Origin: Haliotis rubra
Lineage: Eukaryota
NCBI RefSeq assembly: GCF_003918875.1
Contig: NW_025767012.1
Coordinates: 558,001 to 622,000 of the forward strand
Direction of reading: 5' to 3'
DNA length: 64,000 nt
The position numbers and the translations under genes are program-made. The notes beneath the pieces are model-generated. The model did not search any database, was not told the origin of the DNA, and worked only from the letters and a program-made list of their open reading frames with translations. Position 1 is the stretch's first letter; each line of letters begins with the position of its first letter. This document shows positions 24,827 to 39,272 of the stretch, one piece after another.

Positions 24827-27800
24827 CATTAGCCGTCATAGCAGTTTCTGTTGTGCAATATTGAACATGGTGGTGCATTAACTGTGATATCTTGACTCAA
24901 AGCTATATTCTCAAACGTAAGATGAAATATACTGTTTTGATTAGAATGAACTCCCCATAGACCCTGTCGCAAGTCTGCTTGCAATCTTAAAATGATGACC
25001 ATAGAACGACAGTTCGTCGTCAAGTCAAGACTTCAAAGACTGCAAATGAATGAAATCTTCAGTTTGAGGCGATACATTTCCGTCTTGATAATGACCGAAA
25101 AATAGGTTCAGTTAGCTACCTATAAACACTGACAGCTCGATTTGTGGTCGTCATGAAATGATTACATCATCAAAGAAGCACGTTTCTCCCGAGGGGCCAG
25201 TGTCCATTCGCCCCAGACGACCAGCTAATGATCTGACGTCACAGAGAGCAGACGATGATCCAACGTCATGGCCGCCATTGTTCGAAAATCAAGATGGCGG
25301 GATTGTTTGGCGACCCGTGAAAATACAATGCCCTTGCAGGTATAAATCACTTCTTTTTCTATTCAATGCATACCAAACGCTCCATGCTCTTGCAACCAAA
25401 CATACCATCCTTTATTGCACGATTAAATGCCATATTCCTTGTAATCTTGTGAACTATTCTAAACGTTCGCATCACTCTTTGTAAACATATCTACGCCAAA
25501 GAAAGTAGTGCACCGAACTACCCAGTGAGGATCAATTACCCTGCAGGGGGCGCCTGTAATGAACCGACGACCATATCTTAACTAATGAACAAGCTGTTGT
25601 CAATTTCACCGACTGATTTGACGCGCAATATCACTTCAAAGCGCTGGATAAATGATGAAAATTGTCTTTTAAGCGATCGCAGGTCTTCAAAGCCCTCGCT
25701 AAGTATAGAATAATAAGTAAACGATATGTTGAAAGAGTTTTCAAGTGATAAGAGTGATTCTTTGGCTATAAGTTTCAGCTATTCACCTCCAATTTCTGAA
25801 GGAGCCTCTTTTCAGAAATAATCTTTTCACACAGTCATATTAACGCGCTTTTTCTTGAATCTTAAATGGGGCATTGCCAACTTGGTTTTGGTGCATGTAT
25901 GTAGAACTGAGATGTCAGTTTGTTTATCTAATGTGAAATGGTATTGCTTTGGTATGAAAAAGCATATATGGGAATTTTCCACTGTGCTGAACATAGGCTT
26001 ATGGCATATTTATTTTGTTCACAAACGAGATGAACAGGATAGTCGTTAAGGAAATACTTCATGTATAGTCACATACCGTGGTAATACACATGAGTTTGAC
26101 AAATGCTGTAACCAACACAAACGTCAGAAAGTCACTTGCATAAGTCCTACCCTCCTTTTCGTAATATCTATTAAAATATTTCCTTTTCATTTGACTGCTA
26201 TATCCATAACAATCAACATACACAATTGTGAATTATGGATAATTGAGTTTTTGTTATGAATCTATTTTAGCATCTGCTCTTATAGTGCAAATATCACATT
26301 TGTTTTATCAAATCTAAGGTTTTTCTGACATTTATTGCCAATAAACCAAATTTCATTAAAACTGAACACCGGCGAAATGAAGCCATTATCAGCTAATATT
26401 AAAACAGAGGGAACAGCTCAATGAACCGAATGTTTCTATGAAATACAGCTTAACACTGCAACTGACTACTAGAATTATTTCTGTTGAAAAATATTTGTCT
26501 ATCATATATCAACACACTGTATGGGGAGCTGTAAATAATACATTCACATGCATATGTATGAATCAATCATAAAGTGTACTGTTCCATGGTGATATGTGCA
26601 GCTTGATGTTAAGCTTCATGACAGGTGGTGTTAATTGCCGTTGTCTATTGCACTGGGCAGAAGGATGAAATGACAGGAGATGTGTGCGTCTCAACCTGCG
26701 TATTGTCATGCAAATTAAATCTACATCTCCCCGAGTTGTGAAACTGACAATACTGTTATGTACATCTTTTAACTAGCGTTGTTTGACAAGACCTCTGAAT
26801 CCCGTCCTATTACTTCCATCGCTCGTGTAGTCCTTGGTTATCTGATAGGTCGAGTTTTGACGTGCATATAATTAAATTCTAATCAGGTGAAATCGATAGC
26901 GTTGTCATTACATAGCCTGTCTAAGATTAGCCAGTGAAATGGTGAAATATATAACTCTTACAGGTGATTTTGGCATGTGAAATTAACAACAGTTGATAAA
27001 CAGTTAATTATATTTAATAAGCTGTATTAAAATTTGAATTAGATCGTAATTTGCAGTGATAGGTCGTGAACTAATTTATAGAATGTATTTAATCAAAATT
27101 ATTTATGGAGCCGATAAGCCTTATGTTTAGGATCTATTACTGTTTATGTGCATTTGGCCTACTGCCATCACAACAAGGCCAATTCCTGATTTCGTTCTGT
27201 TTGGGTTCATGAAATTAATCAAATATATTAAACCTAGCCGGCATACACTGCCAAGAATAATAATGTGTAGTAATTTATATTAATATGTGTAAGTAAACGT
27301 AGAGCCAAATATTGTTGCAACAGTATAGTTTTCAGTAAGGAACATATAATGGTTAAGAATTTCAATATGTCACATTTTACATTTTCTGTCATCACCTAAA
27401 AGACAGGATCATAAATGTTCGTTAGTTTTTATGTTATTTTTGTCGACTTCGAAGACGAAATAGTATTACACAGGAACAAGGTTATGAAATCTGAAACCTT
27501 CATGTGCAAAGCCAATAGTCTTCATTCCCTTGTCTCCAATCTCCGAGCCTAGATTTTTCTTTCCTATCAGCTGAATTGACGACAACGTTTCCATTAAGTT
27601 CCTTTCACCTGCTATATTTACAGTTTTGTTTTGATATTGTTGTTGCAGGTTTCTCGGGGACAGATGCACAGCGACACTTCCTCATCAAGGTGACGCAGAT
27701 TGTGGATGTCTGCAGCCAAATACTTCACTGTTGTATAATATATCCTAAATTAAAATTATTTATTTTCGTAGATACCTGTCTCTTGTCTTGCTTTTACAAC

Positions 27801-29321
27801 ATACAATTCAAAGCTGGGAATATTCTGAAGTAATATGTCTTTTGATTAAAAATAACATTATCAATTGCAAAGATCTTATATTTTATATGCTTTGATACTT
27901 TGGTAACTTTGTTAACTTTGAATTTAACATGAGTTCGAAACCTTGATATATATCGGCACAACGTAACCAAGAATATTACATGGTTACCAACTAATAATGT
28001 TGTAATCTTTAATTACTGTAAGCCACAGCACGGTGCAGCACCATCACCTTTACAACACGATAATGACATGGAAGGAGTGAGAGAGACATGATACTTCAAA
28101 ACTCTCTCTGTAGCTGAGCCATGAAGGAACTGCACTCAAACTGCACATTAGAAATATCAGATAATTTCGTCAGCAAATAAACGGCAAAACCATGATGTTT
28201 CCTTAAATATACCTGCTGGAAAATAAAATGTATTCTGGAGATGAAGCACAGAATGGTCTATACGTTTTTAAAATTTTAAACGAATTAGTATTATAACTAC
28301 CCGCTCCTTCCATAAAATATCATCATTCACACACAACATAAAGTATACCATACATAAAATAGCCTATCAATGAAACCAACCAGCTAATGCGTATTTGGTA
28401 GACGAAACATAAAATAGTAAAGCACTATCAATGAATTATATATTATATATTCTATTAAGAAGACCCAAGGAAATCCATCTTATAAAAACAGCCATATGGG
28501 AAATGAGAAACTGCAGGACAATGTAGTAAATAAACGAAACACACCTGGCATTGAACGAAACACGCAACACTGTATTCAAACAACATTCTGTATTCTGCCA
28601 ATGAAACACTTGTGACAAAATAATCTTTGAAAGATAGACACAAGAATTATTTTTCAAGAAATTCATAACACTTCGTTTTAAAATTTATAAACAAAATGTT
28701 GCATTGTATAGAGTAAAACACTACATAATGTAATTTTGGAGAAGATGATGCAATTATGACACTCTAGGATTTGTCGAAAAACTTGAAAATTAGAGTCGGA
28801 TCGGAAATGCCCAAATGAAATCCACGAAATAGGTCAAAACTGTTTCTAATCAAAGTTTGTCGTTTGCACTCACATGGGTAATATCCAAAAGGTCGAAAAA
28901 TTTATTTGAAATTAGGGAAATGTTCCGCGCACACATAGGCCATTTTAAAACTATACACGTGGGCTTCTCTTTATTATTTTTACTCTTGCCCCATGTGACG
29001 AGCCTCAACGCACTATGGTTGGAATTAAGTGTGATCAAGGTCAATGTGTGCCGAGTATATGCTATCAACACAAGACCATGGAAAACAAAGGATCATTTAC
29101 TCTATTAATGAACTTTTCAATGAAATAATACTATAAGGTACTATGTCAATGAAGTATACAATATGTACCCCGATAATGAGTAATACGAAGTGACATATTA
29201 TGTAAATGCCATATGTATATTAAGCAAGAATAAATAACGCCAGATAATCTGTCCTGTAAATGAGCCAGAAAATACAATGTTTTCTATATATGAAACACAT
29301 ATAATAGTGTGTTCTAGGAAC

Positions 29322-29425
29322 TGAAGCAAGCACGATATTGTCCTTCATAAACGAAACACACAAGATGTTGTCCTTCAGAAAGGAAACACACAAGATATTT
29401 TCCTTCAGAAAAAACACACACAATG
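29322..29425. repeat. Degenerate 30-bp tandem repeat (3-4 copies)
   Basis: TCCTTCA at 29341, 29371 and 29401, each followed by an AAACACACAA-like motif. Confidence 0.75.
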
Positions 29426-29558
29426 TTATATATTTTATAAAACAAACAAACCGTCAACGAAACTCACACAATAATGTGTTCTTTCAATGACAAGCGTGTA
29501 TTCTCTGCTAAATAAGGTGTATTACATGCATACAGAGAGTAAGACACAGCGAACAGAC

Positions 29559-29765
29559 TAGTCTGTCTCACAATCCCCGAACCACATCATTTTCCATTCC
29601 AGCCAGCCCTTTCTGCAATGCTAAAGCAATAAATAAAGCAAGTCTACATTTTTGAATCTCAAGTTCTGAATCTCAGTTCTCATTCTAGCCCCCTTTCAAC
29701 TTTAAAAGTAATTGTTTGTTTCTATCAACATCATATTATATATATAATTCCGAGACTAAACTAAG
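29559..29765. mobile_element. Second, diverged copy of the TAG...CTA element
   Basis: TAGTCTGTCTCACAATCCCCGAACCACAT...TGCTAAAGC.ATAAATAAAGCAAGTCTA...GTTCTGAATCTC...GAGACTAA is collinear with 11841-12038. No TSD visible. Confidence 0.85.
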
Positions 29766-32162
29766 TAACTGCACACCACATCCAGGGGTTGCAGGAAGGC
29801 TAGTCTGGTTCTGACACATCTGGGGAACTGGTTAAATACCAACGCTGAAACTAGAGCATTCTAAACTTTGATATTAATATAGATATAACAATCTTTCAAA
29901 GCTAAAGACAATTATCTGACAAAATCAGTGATGACACCAGGTGTTTAGGACAAGGGGAGGTATGTCCTGCTGTACGGTGTTCATTAGGACGCAGGTGCTT
30001 CTTTCTTTGTTTATCGCCTATCGCTTCTAAACAATCAGCAACTATCGACACCATCAGGGTAGAACAACTTGCCAACAACCATCTCCACCCGACCCATTAA
30101 AGTGACAGTGAGCAATGAGGGGAAAAACTGTGATATAGAGGATAAATAACTGGACAGCACCGCACATCAAACATATTTAGTAATTTCCTCTGAATGTGAA
30201 CTAATAACCTCAAAATCTTAGTCTTTCCGTGAGATCAAATGTGAATAACACGTACATGTACCAGCTTCAGCATCTGACAGATGTAGACACTATAAACTGG
30301 AGCTGATGGTGCACTTATCCACATGAAGATGAAATTCATGATTGCGATATGTATAAAATATATCATAATATAGCACAAACTATTATCGACTACTGAATAC
30401 TTTTGATAATGCATTAAATAATGAAAACCATTTTAGATTATGATACAAAACAGAATACATATCATCCTGGACGACTTAATAGTTTAGAGACTGTATTCGA
30501 AAACTGAAACATATTCCAGACAACTGAAACACACATGACACCCTAAAAAGACACATTAATGATCTATTCTGAAAATTTGGCACTAGACAAATTTACATAT
30601 GTGTGAGGCCCTGGGCAATGTATTTTATATATGAGACACAAGACAATGTATTTAATTTGTAAGATACTTGAAAAGTAGTTACTATATGTGAGACACCATG
30701 TAATGGTTTGTATTGTGTGAGCCATTAGTCTCTGTATTCTGTACATGAGACATTAGATAATGTGTTCCAGAATGAACTGAGTATGTGAGACACGAGATGT
30801 GAAAAATTCTGTACTAGTTACTTAACCAGTAAATGTCTTCCGTTATTTAGCAAATGGATATATATTTCCACAAGTTGAACACACAAATATATATCACAGT
30901 AAATGCATAAGGTAACCTTGGAGAGGGGTTTTATAAGTTGTAAGACATTGTCTCCGATCCTTTTCACTTTGTGAATAAAATATGTTTAAACTAAACAAGG
31001 TAATATCTTAGAAAACGGATTAGGCCACAGAATATATTCTATATAGAGTCTTCAATAAATGAAACAACCCAGCAATTGTGTGTTATTTAGCCTCATGCTC
31101 GGTAGTGTATTTTCAGATAATGTATGTGACAGTATATTTACATGCATTAGATCACCTACTATGCAGGTAAAATGCATCTGAATTTCAGAAAGTGCCACAC
31201 GCATTCTATGCCAGGCTTTTTTTTCATCCCATTAACATATTATCACGCCTCTCTCTCTCACAACATAAAAAACCCACACAATTATATTCTGTCATATTAT
31301 TCTGTCCACGTTGCGTCAGCTTGAAATTTACACAATGGTCCATGGTTTAATAATCACAGAAAAACATCACTCCAAAAGCTCAAATTGTCAATCACCAGGC
31401 AGGCGACACATCCAATACATGTAAACTTCCTTTCTTTTAAACGTTTTTGAATATATTATATTGTATTTGCCATGGACCTGTTTGTGATATGGACATAGTG
31501 CAGATGATTATTGTAAAGTACAATATGTGGGTTTCTATTTATTTATTTCGAAAAAGCAAATATTTATACATGAATGGTTTTTATTTGTGCATGCGAAGTA
31601 TATTAAATATCATCGCCAATTTGATATTGCAACTGCCCAATTTTGAATAAGTTATTTAACCATTCAGCGAAAAATTATGAATACACAACATATATAAACA
31701 ATGCAAATTCAATAACCTCCGTTAAATTATGTTTTTGTTAGCCAAATACACATTTCATACTTTTGTACCAAGAAATATATATCGTTCGAATCAGTCAAGC
31801 AGAGACATTGGAACTATTGTGTCTCCATATAGAACTAAAAAAGTAGTATTATTGGGCGCTTCTGAACGTATGGATTAACAACATTGTATATACTATTTTG
31901 ATATTTCTTTTCATTAAGAGAGGGTAGGAAGAGATACTTCATAAGTGTTATACAAAAACAAAGTATTTAATGAGATTAGGAACGCCATGTATTGTTTCGT
32001 TGTAGAATAATGACTGGATATGTATTGCAGTTTAATTAGGTGATTCCATGGAACCTGAAAACAAGGTTTACAAAATGAGAAAAGATGGAAGCAAACATGA
32101 ACGTTTTAGGGGGATCTTTAATATGTAAGGTTCAAATCGGAATTTCGACGACTGGTTAAAAT

Positions 32163-34557
32163 ATAGTCAGTATATCATATCATTGGATGTTTCTATAGTC
32201 AGTATATCACAGCATTGGATGTTCCTATAGTCAGTATATCACAACCTTGGATGTTCCTATAGTCAGTATATCACAGCATTGGATGTTCCTATAGTCAGTA
32301 TATCACAACCTTGGATGTTCCTGTAGTCAATATATCACATCATTGGATGTTCATATAGTCAGTATATCACAGCCTTGTATGTTCCTATAGTCAATATGTC
32401 AGAGCATTGGATGTTCATATAGTCAGTATATCACAGCTTTGGATGTTTCTATAGTCAGTATATCACAACCTTGGATGTTCCTATAGTCAGTATATCACAG
32501 CCTTGTATGTTCCTATAGTCAATATATCAGAGCATTGGATGTTCCTATAGTCAATATATCACAGCCTTCGATGTTCCTATAGTCAATATATCACATCATT
32601 GGATGTTCCTATAGTCAGTATATCACAGCCTTGGATGTTCCTATAGTCAATATATCACAGCATTGGATGTTCCTATAGTCAATATATCATAGCATTGGAT
32701 GATCCTGTAGCCAATATATAACAGCATTGGATGTTAATAAAGTCAATATGTCACAGCATTGGATGTTCACATACTCAGTATATCTCAACATTGGATGTTC
32801 CTATGAACAATATATCACAGCCTTGTATGTTCCTATAGTCACTATGTCACAGCATTGGACGTTCCTATATTCAGTATATCACAGCCTTGTATGTTCATAT
32901 AATCAGTATATCACAGCATGGGGTGTTCCTGTAGTCAGTATATCACTGCATTGGATGTTCCTATAGTCAATATATCACATCATTGGATGTTCCTATAGTC
33001 AATATATCACAGCCTTGTATGTTCAAATAGTCAATATATCAGAGCATTGGATGTTCCTATAGTCAGTATATCACAGCCTTGTATGTTCATATAGTCAATA
33101 TATCAGAGCATTGGATGTTCCTATAGTCAGTATATCACAGCCTTGTATGTTCATATAGTCAATATATCAGAGCATTGGATGTTCCTATAGTCAGTATATC
33201 ACAGCCTTGTATGTTCATATAGTCAATATATCACAACCTTGGATGTTCCTATAGTCAATATATCACAGCCTTGTATGTTCCTATAGTCAATATATCAGAG
33301 CATTGGATGTTCCTATAGTCAGTATATCACAGCCTTGTATGTTCCTATAGTCAATATATCAGAGCATTGGATGTTCCTGTAGTCAGTATATCACAGCATT
33401 GGATGTTCATATAGTCAATATATCAGAGCATTGTATGTTCATATAGTCAATACATCAAAGCATTGGATGTTCATATAGTCAATATATAACAGCATTGGAT
33501 GTTCCTATAGTCAGTATATCACAGCATTGGATGTTCCTGTAGTCAATATATCACAGCATTGGATGTTCATATAGTCAGTATATCACAGCCTTGTATGTTC
33601 ATATAGTCAATATATCACAGCATTGGATGTTAATAAAGTCAATATGTCACAGCATTGGATGTTCACATAGTCAGTATATCTCAACATTGGATGTTCCTAT
33701 GAACAATATATCACAGCCTTGTATGTTCCTGTAGTCACTATGTCACAGCATTGGACGTTCCTATATTTAGTATATCACAGCATTGGATGTTCATATAATC
33801 AGTATATCACAGCATGGGGTGTTCCTGTAGTCAGTATATCACTGCATTGGATGTACCTATAGTCAGTATATCACAGCATTGGATGTTCCTATAGTCAATA
33901 TATCACAGCCTTGTATGTTCAAATAGTCAATATATCAGAGCATTGGATGTTCCTATAGTCAGTATATCACAGCCTTGTATGTTCCTATAGTCAATATATC
34001 AGAGCATTGGATGTTCCTATAGTCAGTATATCACAGCCTTGTATGTTCATATAGTCAATATATCACAACCTTGGATGTTCCTATAGCCAATATATCACAG
34101 CCTTGTATGTTCATATAGTCAATATATCAGAGCATTGGATGTTCCTATAGTCAGTATATCACAGCCTTGTATGTTCCTATAGTCAATATATCAGAGCATT
34201 GGATGTTCCTATAGTCAGTATATCACAGCATTGGATGATCCTATAGTCAGTATATCACAGCATTGGATGTTCCTGTAGTCAGTATATCACAGCATTGGAT
34301 GTTCCTATAGTCAATATATCACAGCATTGTATGTTCCTATAGTCAATATATCAAAGCATTGGATGTTCATATAGTCAATATATAACAGCATTGGATGTTC
34401 CTATAGTCAGTATATCACAGCATTGGATGTTCCTGTAGTCAATATATCACAGCATTGGATGTTCATGTAGTCAGTATATCACAGCCTTGTATGTTCATAT
34501 AGTCAGTAGATCACAGCATTGGATGTTCATATAGTCAGTAGATCACAGCATTGGATG
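32163..34557. repeat. 32-bp tandem satellite (about 75 copies)
   Basis: Unit ATAGTCAGTATATCACAGCATTGGATGTTCCT. Confidence 0.97.
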
Positions 34558-36528
34558 TGAAAGATCTACGCACACAACAGTGTGTAGACACCGTGGGTGT
34601 ACAGATGGCAAAGACCTACATGCCGAACAGTGTTTAGACGTCCCGGTGTACAGATGGGAAAGGCCTACATGCTTGACAGTGTGTAGGCGCCCCATTGTAC
34701 ACAAGAGAAAGACCTACATTCTTGACAGTGTGTAGACGCCCCGGTGTACACAAGAGAAAGGCCTACATGCTTTACAGTGTGTAGACGCCCCATTGTACAC
34801 AAGAGAAAGACCTACATGCTTGATAGTGTGTAGACGCCCCGGTGTACAGTTGAGAAAGGCCTACATGCTTTACAGTGTGTAGACGCCCCATTGTACACAA
34901 GAGAAAGACCTACATGCTTGACAGTGTGTAGACGCCCCATTGTACACAAGAGAAAGACCTACATGCTTGACAGTGTGTAGACGCCCCATTGTACACAAGA
35001 GAAAGGCCTACATGCTTTACAGTGTGTAGACGCCCCATTGTACACAAGAGAAAGACCTACATGCTTGATAGTGTGTAGACGCCCCGGTGTACAGTTGAGA
35101 AAGGCCTACATGCTTTACAGTGTGTAGACGCCCCATTGTACACAAGAGAAAGACCTACATGCTTGACAGTGTGTAGACGCCCCGTTGTACACAAGAGAAA
35201 GGCCTACATGCTTTACAGTGTGTAGACGCCCCATTGTACACAAGAGAAAGACCTACATGCTTTACAGTGTGTAGACGCCCCATTGTACAGTTGAGAAAGG
35301 CCTACATGCTTTACAGTGTGTAGACGCCCCATTGTACACAAGAGAAAGACCTACATGCTTGACAGTGTGTAGACGCCCCGGTGTACAGTTGAGAAAGACC
35401 TACATGCTTGACAGTGTGTAGACGCCCCATTGTACACAAGAGAAAGACCTACATGCTTGACAGTGTGTAGACGCCCCGGTGTACAGTTGAGAAAGGCCTA
35501 CATGCTTTACAGTGTGTAGACGCCCCATTGTACACAAGAGAAAGACCTACATGCTTGATGTGTAGACGCCCCGGTGTACAGTTGAGACGCCCCGGTGTAC
35601 AGTTGAGAATTGTACACAAGAGAAAGACCTACATGCTTGACACTGTGTAGACGCCCCATTGTACACAAGAGAAAGAAGACCTACATGCTTGACACTGTGT
35701 AGACGCCCCGGTGTACAGTTGAGAAAGGCCTACATGCTTTACAGTGTGTAGACGCCCCATTGTACACAAGAGAAAGACCTACATGCTTGACAGTGTGTAG
35801 ACGCCCCATTGTACACAAGAGAAAGACCCATGCTTGACAGTGTGTACACAAGTGTAGACGCCCCATTAAGACAAGAGAAAGACTTACATGCTTGACAGTG
35901 TGTAGACGCCCCATTGTACACAAGAGAAAGACCTACATGCTTGATAGTGTGTAGACGCCCCGGTGTACACAAGAGAAAGACCTACATGCTTTACAGTGTG
36001 TAGACGCCCCATTGTACACAAGAGAAAGACCTACATGCTTGATAGTGTGTAGACGTCCCGGTGTACAGTTGAGAAAGGCCTACATGCTTTACAGTGTGTA
36101 GACGCCCCATTGTACACAAGAGAAAGACCTACATGCTTGACAGTGTGTAGACGCCCCATGGTACAGAAGGGAAAGGCGTACATGGCTGGCAGTGTGTAGA
36201 CGCCCCGGTGTAGAGAAGGGAAAGACCTACATGCTTGACAGTGTGTAGACGCCCCATGTTACAGAAGGGAAAGGCCTAGATGCTTGGAATTGTGTAGACG
36301 CCCCGGTGTAGAGATGGCAGAGGCCTACATGCTTGACAATGTGTCGACGCCCCGGTCTACAGATGGGAAAGACCTACGTGCTTGACAATGTGTAGACGCC
36401 CCGGTGTATAGATCGGACAGGCATACATGTTCGACAGTGTGTAGATAGCGCGGTGTACAGATGGGAAAGACCTACATGCTTGGCATTGTGTAGACGCCCC
36501 GGTGTACAGATGGGAAAGGCCTACATGC
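34553..36528. repeat. 49-bp tandem satellite (about 40 copies)
   Basis: Unit GTGTGTAGACGCCCCATTGTACACAAGAGAAAGACCTACATGCTTGACA; abuts the 32-bp array. Confidence 0.97.
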
Positions 36529-39272
36529 AGTGCTAACATACAGACGTACCAGTGTGAGCTAGTGTGAGCTAGTGAACTGTTTATTTGAAAACAAACAAGG
36601 TTTGTTTTAAATTATTTTTTTTAAAATTACCCATGTGTATATTTAATGTGTATCATTATGCAAACCGTACAATCTTCCATGTAAACCATCCCGCCATCCT
36701 GTGCATATTCAACTGTACATGTGTAGCTCACTTGCCGAGTATCTCGTACTGAAAGTTTCTGTTCTGTCTTGTGTCTTCTAAAATGAACCTAGTGAACTGA
36801 TTACTTTACCGGGCAATTCCACAATTCGGATGGACACATACAAAGTGTAAAGTGCAAATACCTCTCCTTTGAAACAAATGCCTTCCCTCAGAAACATTAC
36901 AAGCAAGTTAAAGAGAATGTTGACTTTTGATAACTACAAGAAGTACATCCCTGTGCTGTTTTCCCCTATCCAGAAGAGACATGCGGAAATCTCAGCACAA
37001 AGTTCGCCGCTCAGCAATGTGAGACGGCAGGCCACAAGATAGGGTTAATTTCTTGGATAATTACATATCATGAGACCAGCTTCCCCTCATATCAAACACA
37101 TACGGTCTATGATCGCACGATAAATAAATCATCAATCTACACTTCAAACAATCGCCGCCATATCTGGTACCTGGCGATACGCTGACAGACTGAGTGTCAT
37201 TTGCATACATAGATTCTTGTCAGTGCGCATGACTGAAAAAGGATAGGTGTCTAAAATATAAAAGAATGTAGCTACTTGACTTAACCAGTGATTCACGTCA
37301 GTGAGCCTTGTCTATTATTTGAGACGGTGGCGAATAACCTGACTTCTATCACTAAACGTATAATGTTCCCCTATCCTAAATTAGCCAATTCATCAAGTTG
37401 GATATTGTATTGTAATGTATTCTTCCCGTCTAGGCTGGAAGGAAAGGTAGATAGGGTAATTACGGAGAAACGGGGTGTATTTGTAAAATTTCGGCTCCGA
37501 TACAATCAAAACACTTTGGACGAGGGCGCGGGGTGGCAAAGATTGCACCATATGCAGTTATCTCCCTTTGATATATGATATTCTGTTTGTCCCTTTAAAT
37601 CCGAAGTCAAATTTTCAATCAACAATCATTCAATGCTTCTTAACACGTATCAAAACAAACCTATATCACAGTATTCAAAACAATGCATTAACTGAACTGA
37701 TTGTTATCACAAACATACAGAGTAGGCGTGGATTACACAGGTTGGACAAACGGATATGGATCAATGAGCATGCGTGGAACCTTTCCGAGGTCAATACTGG
37801 GTGTCATTGCATTAAAATAGACCCTCTTACGAACAATGGAAAACTCTGCACACGGCATATCATTAGGCTACTACAAATGGGTGCGAACTACTTGCTAATT
37901 AATCTTGAAGAACCCTCTTTCAAGAGCACGCAACCGTTTAAGATAAATTATTCCTCGTCGTCCAAGTGGCTCCGTATCGAAACAGTTAAAGAGGGTTGGT
38001 GAGCTTTATTCTCCATTAAAGCTTTACCCCTCTTGCTCCCCTGCATATGGTGTTCATAGACGGGTATGTATGGGTGCCTATATACTTGCTAATATGTGTC
38101 GGCAATTTAATTGCTGGGATTTTCTCTATTCAGTTTGTATTACAAAAGTAACAAAAGTGAGAAATTAAACGCAACACGCTCGATAAAAATCTAAAGTTCT
38201 TGATTCCCCAGGCCCTCTCTGGGGCATAGGTGTTAGCGTCCTTCGCTATCGTCTTTATTGTACGTCAGTCGCGCCACATAAACGTTGGGACATTAGCCTT
38301 CGGAAGTGGCATTTTCATAAAGACAACATACTATCCTTAATGAAACGTGTATATGTATTCAACTGTTAGAAGTCGTTTTTAAGTCAACTAAATCTTCATG
38401 AGTTAAGTTTCGAGGATTAATACTACTGTAAACTGTAGGGAACGGAGAATACTGCTGTGGTATCTACATTCAGGTAGCGTCCTGGGTTCGCCACGAAGAA
38501 ACACTGAAACTGTCGAGACAATCAGCATGTCGCTGGATATTATATTGAATGTATTGAATGATGTTTTATTCGCGTTAAAAACGGTAATTGCAGTAGTCTA
38601 TGATTATTTCTGTGTCGAACTCAGTATGAGGACAGTATGTTGAAAATATTGAGGAAGCAATGATTCATTTGTCGGAGTGGTGCAGTGTATGGGGTGAAAA
38701 TGGTGCAGACTTGGATAGATAGTGTAATGTTATGTCAGGTCATTTGAACATCATACATCACTACAGCGGTGTCAGTACAACGTCAAGGCAAGGATGGTGC
38801 TGGGTCATTGCTGCCTGGTCCTGAGTTCCTGAGTGAGTTGGGTTCAACGGTCCCTTTGAACATTACATGGCAGATGGTAGTTGTATGATAAAAATGAACG
38901 AATTGGGAACGCATTAGAACGCGGTAGGGAAGTTTGACATATCAGATGTTAATGATTTTAATGGGCAACAAGTTTAAGATGAGTAATTTCAAAGCTGACG
39001 TTTTTGGATCAGTAATGCTTAATACCACCACGATCTGACATATATTCATTAAACGGGGAACAGTTCGTTGTCTCCATAAGGCGATGTACGCGAGTAACTC
39101 CACTCCTCTTGCAGCGCTTGCTCAAGTTCAACCAACATGGTGGGCGGCCTATGATGATGACACTTGGACACTTGGCTCCTACTTCGGTGGCCCGATGAAT
39201 TTCTGCAGCAATTTGATTGGCCCTTTGAGCCCGATTTCCTAGACTCTGGTTTCAGATAACTGTATCCTGAGT

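Noticed and set aside
32100-36580. Helitron/Helentron carrier around the compound arrays
   Set aside because: No shared termini, subterminal IRs or 3' hairpins found among the flanks of the five array loci.
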